From an uncultured delta proteobacterium (GTDB lineage: Bacteria; Desulfobacterota; Binatia; UBA9968), in contig CAWFJP010000003.1 of assembly GCA_963816145.1 (NCBI GenBank), positions 544,001 through 608,000 of the forward strand: a stretch of DNA of 64,000 nt, written 5' to 3'. Position 1 is the first letter of the stretch; each line of letters starts with the position of its first letter. Position numbers and translations under genes: made by a program. The notes below the pieces were generated by a model. It had not been told where the DNA came from. It made no database searches and saw only the letters and a program-made list of their open reading frames with translations. Below are positions 33,169-43,500 of this stretch, piece after piece.

Positions 33169-34317
33169 CTAGCCCCAGACCTGGCGGGCCGTCTCGACCA
33201 CGACTTCGAGTTTGCGCCGCTGATCGTCTTCGCTTATCAAATTACCGACTACGTCGGACGAAAAGCCGCACTGCGGACTGATCGCGATCTGCTCGATGGG
33301 GGCGTACTTGGCGGCGGCATCGATGCGCCGTTTGAGTTCGTCGACCGATTCGAGCTGCGCCACCTTGGTGCTCACCAGGCCCAAGACAATCACTTTACCC
33401 TTGGGCAAGAATCGCAATGGTTCGAAACCGCCGGCCCGCGGCGTGTCGTACTCAAAGAGAAACCGATCATGATTCAATTCATTGAGCAGCCGTTCGGCGA
33501 TCTCGTCGTAGGTGCCTTCACGATGCCACATGCTGCGTTGATTGCCGCGGCATAGGTGAATGCCGAACGTGACATCATCGAATCCCGCGAGGACGGCATT
33601 ATCGGCTTTCAAAGAGCGGCTGAAATTCTCATTCGGGTCTTCGCCGCGGGCGCGCATGGCCTTGAGTGACGGCTGATCGACGTAAGCGGTATAGCCCGGC
33701 GCATCGATCTGCACATAGCGGCATCCGGCAGCGACCAAACCGGCAATGATCTCGCGCTCCACTTTAACCACATCGATGACGAACTCATCGAGGCCGGTGT
33801 AAACCGCCTTGGAGTTCTGCCAATCGAATCTCTGAGAGATACGATCGGGGCCGATCAAGGCGACTTTGCCGGGCTTACCCGCCACTTGGTGCAAGAAACC
33901 AAATTCCGCCGCCGGCACGTTGCGCGCCAAACCGAGCCTAGCCACCACTGGCCGGCGCTGCGCCACGGCCGTGCCCTTCTGTTCGCCCAGGTCGGGAATT
34001 TCCCAGCGGCGTAAAGGGCTACTGCCTTCCACTCGGCTTTCGTAAAATTTTAGACTCGGCTTGCCGGCGTCGTAGCCCGACACTGATTCGCCGAAACTAT
34101 CCTGAAAGTTAAGCCGGCGATATTCGCCGTCGGTGACCACTGATAGTCCGATCGACTCTTGCAGTACGACCGCATCACGAATCGCCTGATCTTCAATTTC
34201 GCGCAACTGTTCGAGTGTCAGCTTGCCTTCGTCGAAATGATTGCGCGCATCCTTCAGTTTTGCGGGCCGCAACAAGCTGCCGACGACATCGTTGCGAATC
34301 TTGGCTAACTCTTTCAT
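33169..34317 (-). CDS. Cobalamin-independent methionine synthase II family (MetE C-terminal-like) protein
   Basis: [31 protein letters not shown] and SPQCGF (Zn ligands). Confidence 0.85.
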   Translation of the reverse strand: MKELAKIRNDVVGSLLRPAKLKDARNHFDEGKLTLEQLREIEDQAIRDAVVLQESIGLSVVTDGEYRRLNFQDSFGESVSGYDAGKPSLKFYESRVEGSSPLRRWEIPDLGEQKGTAVAQRRPVVARLGLARNVPAAEFGFLHQVAGKPGKVALIGPDRISQRFDWQNSKAVYTGLDEFVIDVVKVEREIIAGLVAAGCRYVQIDAPGYTAYVDQPSLKAMRARGEDPNENFSRSLKADNAVLAGFDDVTFGIHLCRGNQRSMWHREGTYDEIAERLLNELNHDRFLFEYDTPRAGGFEPLRFLPKGKVIVLGLVSTKVAQLESVDELKRRIDAAAKYAPIEQIAISPQCGFSSDVVGNLISEDDQRRKLEVVVETARQVWG

Positions 34318-34329
34318 GATCGAAAACCC

Positions 34330-35082
34330 CTAATCTTTCGGCGCCACATTATCGGAAGCCTGCATGCAGCACAACTGCGGCAAGTAGCGCAGCGGATCTT
34401 GCGCGGTATTGTTCTTGCGGATTTCCAAATGCAGATGTGGCCCGGTCACCCGCCCGGTGCTGCCGACCTTGGCAATCACCTCGCCCTTGCCGACTTGCTG
34501 TCCCTCCCGCACAAGATTGACTTGATTATGCGCATACACCGAAACCATACCGCCTTGATGGCGCACGATGACGATATTGCCGTAGCCGCGAAGCTGATCG
34601 CTATAGATCACCTCGCCGCGCTCGATGGCTTGGATCGACGTGCCTTCCGGCGCTGCGATATCAATGCCGTCATGGAAACTCGACCCGCGTGGACCGTAGT
34701 TGGAATTGATCGTCCCGCTCACCGGCCAAAGCAACCGCTCGCCGTTAACTTCCGCGAACGGCAGCGCAAGGCGCGACCCCGGCTCCGCTTCCACCGGAGC
34801 TATGGTATCCACCGGCAATTGCCGGTTGGCTCCGGGGATCAATATTCGCTGGCCAACATAGATTTGGCTGGCGTCCTTCAAGCGATTGGCCTTGGCCAAC
34901 TCCTCGAAAGAAACGTCATAAACCTTACCGATACGGAAAAGATTCTCACCCGGCTTGACCACATGAAAAACATTCGACACCGGCCTAGTTGGAGCAGTTG
35001 GCGGGGGACTTTTGAACGAGGAACAGCCGGCTATCGCGACAATGCAAAGCACAACCCAGTGCGGGTGTAATCGAAAAGTCAT
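34330..35082 (-). CDS. nlpD: LysM + M23 peptidase lipoprotein (NlpD-like)
   Basis: Lipobox IAGC, LysM HVVKPGENLFRIG, M23 HDGID and HLHLE; directly downstream of pcm. Start could be further upstream (35154). Confidence 0.8.
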   Translation of the reverse strand: MTFRLHPHWVVLCIVAIAGCSSFKSPPPTAPTRPVSNVFHVVKPGENLFRIGKVYDVSFEELAKANRLKDASQIYVGQRILIPGANRQLPVDTIAPVEAEPGSRLALPFAEVNGERLLWPVSGTINSNYGPRGSSFHDGIDIAAPEGTSIQAIERGEVIYSDQLRGYGNIVIVRHQGGMVSVYAHNQVNLVREGQQVGKGEVIAKVGSTGRVTGPHLHLEIRKNNTAQDPLRYLPQLCCMQASDNVAPKD

Positions 35083-35165
35083 GAGACTTAGTCGTCCAGG
35101 ATCCACCAGCTTAAGACGCATTTGAAGTCGGTCACACCGGAACAATGCGACCATAGTTTGCGCCG

Positions 35166-35831
35166 CTATTCGCGCCAGCCGTACTTGCCTAGCAACTTGA
35201 CGAACTTACATTCGCCCAGCGGCTCTTTTTTGAAACTGGTGCGGGTCCGGGTCAAGCGCATGAGCATTTGCCCCTGTTCGTCGCCGATCGGAATCACCAA
35301 TCGGCCGCCGACGGCAAGCTGATCGAGCAGCGGCCGGGGCACCTGTGGCGCCCCGGCAGTGACAATGATCGCATGGTACGGCGCATGTTCCGACCAACCG
35401 ATGGTGCCATCGCCGACGTGGAGCGCGATATTGTGATACTCGAGCTGGTCTAAAAGAACGCGCGCCCGGCGTGACAGGGCGCGAATCTTTTCCACAGAGA
35501 ATACGTTAAAGCATAGTTCCGCTAAGAGTGCGGTTTGAAAACCCGAACCGGTACCGATCTCAAGCACCTTTTCATCACCGACCAGGCGCAGCGCCTCGCT
35601 CATGCGCGCCGACATATAAGGCTGCGACAAAGTCTGCTTATCGCCGATCGGCAAGGCACTGTCGTCATAGGCGCGATTGACGATGCCCGGATCGACAAAA
35701 ACATGGCGCGGAATCTTGCGAATCGCGGCAACCACCCGCGGGTCGGTGATACCGCGGGCGATGATCTGCTCCTGAACCATTCGGTCCCTAGCCCAAGCGA
35801 AATCATGTGCGATCGGTTCGGGATTCTTCAC
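35166..35831 (-). CDS. pcm: Protein-L-isoaspartate O-methyltransferase
   Basis: PRHVFV, QTLSQPY, VLEIGTGSG, GDGTIGW, IIVTAG and QLAVGGRLVIP. Confidence 0.93.
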   Translation of the reverse strand: MKNPEPIAHDFAWARDRMVQEQIIARGITDPRVVAAIRKIPRHVFVDPGIVNRAYDDSALPIGDKQTLSQPYMSARMSEALRLVGDEKVLEIGTGSGFQTALLAELCFNVFSVEKIRALSRRARVLLDQLEYHNIALHVGDGTIGWSEHAPYHAIIVTAGAPQVPRPLLDQLAVGGRLVIPIGDEQGQMLMRLTRTRTSFKKEPLGECKFVKLLGKYGWRE

Positions 35832-36036
35832 TTAAGCTTCGACAAACATTATTGGCATGCGCCGAAGCGCATCCTGAGCGTTGAGACCGCTGCGCGGAAC
35901 AGGTTCGATGGATCGTTGGTAAACACGCCGATGTGACAAAAAGATAGACCCGATTGCATCCAATTCGGCAATCTAGCACAGCTGCAGGGGGATTTTCTAG
36001 TTTGACGGCGGTACGATCAGGGTTAACAGGATTATT

Positions 36037-36399
36037 TTACAGTTTGCCCAGCTCTTTTAGCTGGCGCAGGCGGGCCGCAAGAACCTCATCGGTTGATTCC
36101 ATCCCAACGGGCGTTGGCATAGCACTCGGATCGCCACCCAGCTGGACCAGCTTTTCACGCACCACGGCGAGCGAGCCATATAACCTTTGGTAATCTTCCA
36201 TCGAGGCCGAACACTCTTGCAGTTTACTGTCGATCACGCTCAAACTCTTTTCCAGACCGCGCTTTTGTTCTTCGAAAACCGCGTTGAGTTGCTGGCGAAT
36301 CTCATAGGTTTGCTGCTGCAAGGTTTCGTTGATATGCCCCAGATTCATCCGCATCTGGAGAATAATATCCATCAATCGCTCGACCGACTGCCCATCCAT
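36037..36399 (-). CDS. Hypothetical coiled-coil protein
   Basis: 120-aa ORF with GAGG RBS and heptad-like Q/E/L composition. Confidence 0.6.
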   Translation of the reverse strand: MDGQSVERLMDIILQMRMNLGHINETLQQQTYEIRQQLNAVFEEQKRGLEKSLSVIDSKLQECSASMEDYQRLYGSLAVVREKLVQLGGDPSAMPTPVGMESTDEVLAARLRQLKELGKL

Positions 36400-36593
36400 G
36401 ATGCCATCCTCATTTCCCTACATCGCTAGGGTCCGGCCGTTTGCCGCAAGCAGAACCAATGTCACACTGACCGCACTTCTAGACCGCCTCGGTCGATGAT
36501 GTCAAGTTGTGTCAATCTCGACATTCAGATTACGGCGCACATTAAAGTGAAATTAGCGCGTGAAAAAGTTTGGCTTAATTGCAGTGGAGAGAA

Positions 36594-36670
36594 TGGTCGG
36601 GGCGGCCGGATTTGAACCGGCGACCTCACGCACCCCAAGCGTGCGCGCTACCAGGCTGCGCCACGCCCCG
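36594..36670 (-). tRNA. tRNA-Pro (GGG)
   Basis: Reverse complement CGGGGCGTGGCGCAGCCTGGTAGCGCGCACGCTTGGGGTGCGTGAGGTCGCCGGTTCAAATCCGGCCGCCCCGACCA: cloverleaf, anticodon GGG, encoded CCA. Confidence 0.96.
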
Positions 36671-37287
36671 ACAAGCACCTAAGACACCGGCGAATTTAGC
36701 ACCGCCGCTATGCCAAATCAATTTATTACCCACAATCGTCAGGTATGCCAAAGTCGGACAGCGTGACGGAACCTCAGCATGTTTGCGTACCCCCCCATTG
36801 GCATTTCTACGGAAATCCCATTGGCCGTTACTGGCCGGGAGCCTTGCCGGAACTTGCATCCCCACGGCGCTCTGTTTTACGATTCATCCGTATCGACCAG
36901 GCCCTTTGTTCTGCAAGTCAAGACAACGTATTGAATTTTCTAAAGGGCTGATGCTCATCCTTGATTGTCGGCCGTTGGGCGGCTCCGGCGGCGTTAAGCT
37001 CATTACCCGTGGCAGGCAGGAACGCCACCATCACGAGCCGTGAACTTGCCGCGCCGAACGATCGCGCGGGGTTCCCTGCCTCTGCCAAGATGACGGTTAA
37101 CCGAGAATTCTTCCAACCCAAATTCCTCAGAGCAGTCTCTATTGTGTTCCTGCCACGACTCGATACGCGCGATTGGAGTGCCGGGCAAAAAGGGGTCAGT
37201 CAGGTGTCTCGCCGCGTCTTTCGGGCAGTTGACCCACGCTGCGTCCACAATGCTGGGGTATCTTAGGAGCAACATGAGCCGTTCAGG

Positions 37288-37308
37288 GGTGTAAATATAA
37301 TTTACACC
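37288..37308. promoter_or_regulatory. Perfect palindrome, candidate operator upstream of the NRPS cluster
   Basis: GGTGTAAAT-ATA-ATTTACACC. Confidence 0.45.
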
Positions 37309-37559
37309 TGCTGACCGTAGATCCTTATTGAGGACTCTTGGGCCGCGGCGCTGCTAGAACTGCAAGAGGAAAGATCGCGGCATCGTGATTGCTATTATTA
37401 GTCCGTTCGTTACAACCTATTTCTGAAACCTTCCTGCCCCGGTGATCATCCCCGGAGGTTCGAATGACGACGATCAGGACTGGCACCGAGGTTGTGGAGA
37501 GAACACTGTTAACACGTGCTAAGCTCCGCTGATAAACATCTGCTCAAGAGCGTGTCGAG

Positions 37560-40500
37560 ATGATTCATATACTTAAAAATGGCTTAGACCCTGTGCCCGA
37601 ACAGCAGGCGATCCGCGACAAGTGTTTTCACCCCTCGGGCGCGTTCGTCGAGTTTCCGATCGAAGATGTCGAGGCTTCGATTCCGGCTCGGTTCGAAAAA
37701 ATTTTCCGGCAGCACCCTGATCGGATCGCGGTCAAAACCGAGACCGGCGTCGTCACTTACGGCGAACTCAATGCCATGGCTAATCGGTTCGCCAAGAGTC
37801 TGTTGCAATGCACCGGGCCACGAGCCGGGCTGGTCGCACTTCTCTTGGAAAAAGATGTGGCCCAGGTTGCCGCCATGCTGGGAGTGCTGAAAGCGGGAAA
37901 GTTCTTCCTGATTCTGGACCCAACCTTCCCCAAAGCAAGGCTCATCGCCATGCTCAAGGGCTCGTGGGCGAAGTTGGTGGTGACCAACCAGCGCAATGCT
38001 TCGTTAGCCAATGAAATTGCAACCCCGGACTGCGAGTTGATCCAATGGGAAACCATCAATGAGTCGATTCCCGGAGATAATCCCGAGCTACCCATCGCCC
38101 CGAAAGCACTCGCGTTTATTAATTACACTTCCGGCTCGACGGGAGAGCCTAAAGGTTTGCTTCGAACCCACCGGATGATTTTGCATAACATCATGCTGCG
38201 CACCAATCTCATCCATGTCTGTGAACAAGACCGTATCAGCCTGCTTTCGTCCGGCACATCCAACGCGATCACCAATTCCTTCCTGGCACTGCTAACCGGC
38301 GCGGGGCTTTATTCCTTGGAGGTCAAAAAGGAAGGTGCCGTACGGCTCGCCCATTGGCTCGCGGAGGAAAATATTACCATCGCGCCGATGAGTTCGCCGC
38401 TTTTTCGCGGCCTCTGCGAAACCCTGAATGGAATCAGAAACTTTCCAAACCTGCGCGTGATACGACTGAGGAGCGAGTCGGTCTACGGATCAGACGTTGG
38501 TCTTTACAAACAGTATTTCTCGCCAAATTGCAACTTCGTCACCGGGCTATCCTCAAACGAGACAGGACCTTTAGCGGATTACTTGATCGATCACGATACG
38601 GTTGTAACTGACAGCGCGGTCCCGGTCGGCTATGCGGCGCCGGGTAAAGAGGTGGTGCTTCTCAATCAGGACGGTGAAAGAATCGGCTTTGACGAAGTCG
38701 GCGAGATTGCGGTTCGGAGTCGATATCTATCGCCCGGATATCTGCGCAATCCGCGACTAACCAAGGCTAAATTCCGGCGCGATCCAACCGCAACCGGCAG
38801 TCGCATTTACCTCACCGGTGATTTGGGGCTGATGCTTCCCAACGGCTGTTTGATTCACAAAGGGCGCAAAGACTTTCGCGTGAAAGTCCGCGGCTACCCA
38901 GTCGATATCAAAGAGGTCGAGATCGCGCTTCGCGCCCATCCGAGCATGCACGACGCGGTCATCACGGCTCGACAGAACCAGTTAGGAGAAACCACGCTCG
39001 TCGCCTACTTCGTGACCGCCTCTGAACAGGTTCCTACGGTGAGTGAGTTAGCGAGGTTCTTGGGTCAGACCCTGCCCGATTACATGATTCCGGCCACTTT
39101 TGTTAGGCTCAACAGCATGCCACTCAACCCGCAGAACAAAGTCGATCGCGCGGCGCTTCCGCCGCCGGCCGAGACGCGCCCCAACCTAGACACCCCTTTT
39201 ATGGCGCCGCGCAGCGACGAAGAAAGAGCAGTGGCTGAAATATGGGCGGAGGTTCTCGGTATCGACCGCGTCGGCATTCACGACGATTTTTTTGACTTGG
39301 GCGGCCATTCGCTGGCGGCCACAAGGATCGTGACGCGCGTGATCGAAAAGTTTCACGCAGAGCTGGCCCTGCAGGTCCTATTTGATTCACCCACGGCGGG
39401 AAAAATGGCGGCGGCAGTCCGGGAGCGTCAAAGCTTGGATCATCAGCTTAGTTCTCAGCCATCCAGCGATTCGGTACAGGCACGACCTGGCGAACTCAGC
39501 ATCGACTTCACGCCATTTCCGAAGGAAGACGTTGAACGATCGATCCCCGAGCGCTTCGAAAAGATTGTGCGCATGTATCCCGACAAGATCGCGGTCAAAA
39601 GTGGGAATGAGGTGGTTACCTACGCGCAACTCAACGCCATGGCCAATCGGGTAGCACGACGCATAGTTTCCGAGAACGGAGCTGAGCCGGAACCGGTGGG
39701 ACTGTTAATCGACAAAGGTGTCGAACAGACAGCAGCCATGTTGGGGGTCTTAAAAGCGGGCAAGTTTTTCGTGCTTTTTGATCCGTCGTTTCCGTTGGAG
39801 CGAAATTCGGCAATATTCGAAGACACATCCCCTCGTTTGATATTGGTAGACGCTAAGAATACGCCGTACGGATGCAAACTGACAGACACAACTTCTAGCC
39901 TCATTACATTTGAATCGATTGATCCGAACTCAGTTTCCGATGATCTCACGGTAAAGATTGCACCTGATTCCCTCGCCTATGTCGTTTACACCTCAGGTTC
40001 AACGGGACAGCCGAAGGGTGTTCTTCAGACTCATCGGAGTAGGCTGCATTTCGTGATGGTGTACTCAAAGATGCTCAGTTTGTCGCCCAACGATCGGTGC
40101 ATCCTCCTGACCTCTGGCACGGCAAACACCGTTGCGAATAGTCTTTTTGCTTTGTTGAACGGTGCAGCACTGCATCCGATTAACGTGAATGAGCTCGGAC
40201 TTTCTAGGCTTGCCGGTTGGATCATTGACGAGAAGATATCTATATGCGCAATAAGCGCGCCGTTATTTCGCAATCTCTGTGAGTCTTTGACGGGCAACGA
40301 GAAGTTTGCGGACCTTCGCGTTCTGCGCCTCACGAGCGAGGCGTCTTATAAAAGCGACTTCGAACTGTACAAACGATTCTTCCCACGCACTTGTTGTTTA
40401 GCAAACATGTTGGCGCCTACCGAAGCGGGAATCCTACGACAATTTTTAATGGACCACGAAACTCAGATTAGTGGTGATGAAATCCCGCTAGGGTATCCAG

Positions 40501-43500
40501 TTGACGATACGGAGATCTTTTTACTTGACTCCAAGGGCAGAGAGGTCGGTTGCAACGAAGTTGGTGAGATTGTAGTGCGGAGTCGATATCTTTCTTCGGG
40601 ATATTGGCTCCGCCCGGAACTGAACAAAGCAAAATTCAAAGCCGATCCACACGAGGCCGGTCAACGGTTTTATTACACCGGAGATCTTGGATTGATGCTT
40701 CCCGACGGCTGTTTGATTCACAAGGGTAGAAAAGACTTCCGAGTAAAGATCCGCGGTTACGGCGTAGAGATTGGAGAGGTCGAAACAGTGCTCCGGAGCC
40801 ATGCAGCCGTCAAGGATTGCGTCGTTGTCGATCGCAAAGGTGATTCAGGCGAGACCAAACTCATTGCTTATTATACTTCGTCGGCGACATTTATCCCGAA
40901 CACGAGCGAATTGCGCAAGTTTTTGAGCCGATCACTTCCGGACTACATGGTGCCATCCATGTTTGTGGGGCTGGAGACAATACCGCTCACGCCCAACGGC
41001 AAGTTAGATCGTCATGCATTGCCGGAACCTGGCGGCCGACGTCCGGACCTGGACATACCGTTCCAACCTCCAAGGACAGACGTGGAAACACGCGTAGCTC
41101 AAATTTTTACCGAGTGTACGGGCATAGAGCGCGTGGGCATCGACGACAACTTTTTCGAGTTAGGCGGAGATTCGCTCCTTTTCACACGACTTCTTTCGCG
41201 AGTAAGCGTGATGTTTCAGCGGGAATTCTCGATACAGGAGTTATTTGAAGCTCCTTCTGTTGCCGGCATTGCTCGCCTGCTCGAATCACCAACGCAGCCT
41301 GCTGTCGTGAAAGCTGAACCCACTCTCTCGCTAATTTCGAAAGATACGCCAGTACCGCTCTCGTACTCTCAGCAACGATTGTGGTTTCTCGACCAGTTTG
41401 ACCCGAGAAGTTTCGCCTATAATCTCTTTGCCGCCTTCCGGCTCAAAGGCGACCTCAATGTAGCGGCATTAGAGCAGAGCTTCAACGCGATTATCAGGCG
41501 CCATGAAATCCTGCGAACGGTGTTTCAATCCGAGAATGGCAACCCGATACAGGTCATTTTGCCTAATTTGGCAATCAAGATGCCTTTGGTTGATCTGAGA
41601 GCGATCGCCTCGGAAGCAGCCCGCTGGACGGAAGCCCGCAGGATGTTCACAGAAGAAGCTCAGCGGCCCTTCGATTTGGCCACTGGCCCTTTGGTCCGAA
41701 TCACGCTACTGCAACTTGCCGACGATGAGTATATTTTACTGCGAGCGATACATCACATAGTTTGTGACGGCTGGTCTGTGGGAGTTCTGTTTCACGAGCT
41801 ATCCGAAATCTATGAGGCTCTATCAACCGGACAACCATCGCCGCTTGCCGACCTGCCTACCCAATACGGAGATTATGCCAAATGGCAGAGGCAATGGTTC
41901 CAGGATGAGCGTCTCGAGTCTCAGTTATCCTATTGGAAAGAGCAGCTCGACAATATCGCGACCTTGCAACTACCCACCGATCGTCCGAGGCGGACCGCAC
42001 AGGCGATTCGTGGAGCACGGCGGTATTTTGCATTCTCAGATGCACTCTCCACCGAGCTCAAAAAGTTAAGTCACGAACACGGGGCGACTCCCTTCATGAC
42101 CTTGTTGGCGGCTTTTCAAACGCTGCTGCACCGTTACAGCAATCAGACCGATGTCGTGATCGGTTCTCCGGTGGCCGGGCGAACCCGAAAGGAATTCGAT
42201 GAACTTATCGGGTTCTTTCTGAACATGCTGGTGCTGCGTCTTGACCTCTCGGCGGATCCAACTTTTGCCGAGACAATTGCACGAGCACGAAAGGTATGCC
42301 TAGGAGCCTTGAGTCATCAAGAGTTGCCTTTTGAGAAACTTGTCGAAGAGCTGCATCCCGATCGAAACCTAAGTCACAATCCGTTGTTTCAGGTGAGTTT
42401 TGCTTTTCAAAATACTCCACGATTTCCCCCGCGGTTGTCCGGTGTTGAAGTGGAGGAGCTGGAAGTCGACACCGGCATCGCCAGGTTCGACCTACATCTT
42501 TTCATGGAAGAGATGGACGGACATCTGCAAGGATACTGCGACTACGATTCGAACCTGTTCAATGCGGATACCATCGAGAGGATGCTCGGCCATTTTCAGA
42601 CTTTACTGCAAGGTATCGTGGCCGACCCCAACCAGCGCATCTCGGATCTGCCGCTGCTCACCGAGCGAGAAAAACATCAACTCTTGGTCGAGTGGAACGA
42701 CACCCAGACCGATTTCCCAAAAGACAAGTGCATCCACCAGCTGTTCGAAGAACAGGTCGAGAAATCCCCAGATGCCATTGCCCTGGTCTTCGAAGACCAG
42801 CAGCTCAGCTATCGAGAGCTTAACAGCCGCGCCAACCAACTGGCCCACTATCTTCGCAAACGAGACGTCGAACCCGACTCCATTGTCGCATTGTGCATGA
42901 ATCGTTCACTGGAACTGGTCATTGCCATCCTCGGCGTGCTCAAAGCCGGTGGCGCCTATATGCCCATCGACCCTGAATTGCCAGCTCAACGACTCCAGTT
43001 CCTGCTCGAAGACGCCCAAGTTAGGCTGCTTCTCACCCAAGACAAGCTCCGCTCCGCATTGGCCGATTTTGCCGGTCACATTGTTTGCCTGGACAGCGAT
43101 TGGCACAAGCTAGCGGACCAAAGCCATGAGGATCCCCAGCATCACGTCAGAGGACACCATGCGGCTTATGTCATCTACACCTCTGGCTCCACTGGAACTC
43201 CGAAGGGCGTGGTTAACGTTCATGACGGGCTACGTAGCCGCATACAGTGGATGCAGGAAAGTTATCAGCTTACTTCTGCAGACCGGGTGCTGCAGAAGAC
43301 CCCCTTTACCTTCGACGTCTCGGTCTGGGAGTTTTTATGGCCGCTGATCAGCGGGGCTTGCCTCGTCGTGGCGAGGCCGGGCGGCCATCGAGATAGCTCT
43401 TATCTCGTGCAGCTCATCCAATCCCAGCAGATCACGACGCTTCATTTTGTTCCCTCCATGCTCGAGGTGTTTTTGCAGGAACCCGGAGCCGAACGTTGTA

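Noticed and set aside
36900-37275. Short ORFs or possible transposase remnant before the NRPS
   Set aside because: No recognisable catalytic motifs or terminal inverted repeats.
36594-37560. tRNA-Pro as integration site of an NRPS island
   Set aside because: The tRNA 3' end points away from the NRPS genes, and no integrase or duplicated tRNA end is visible.
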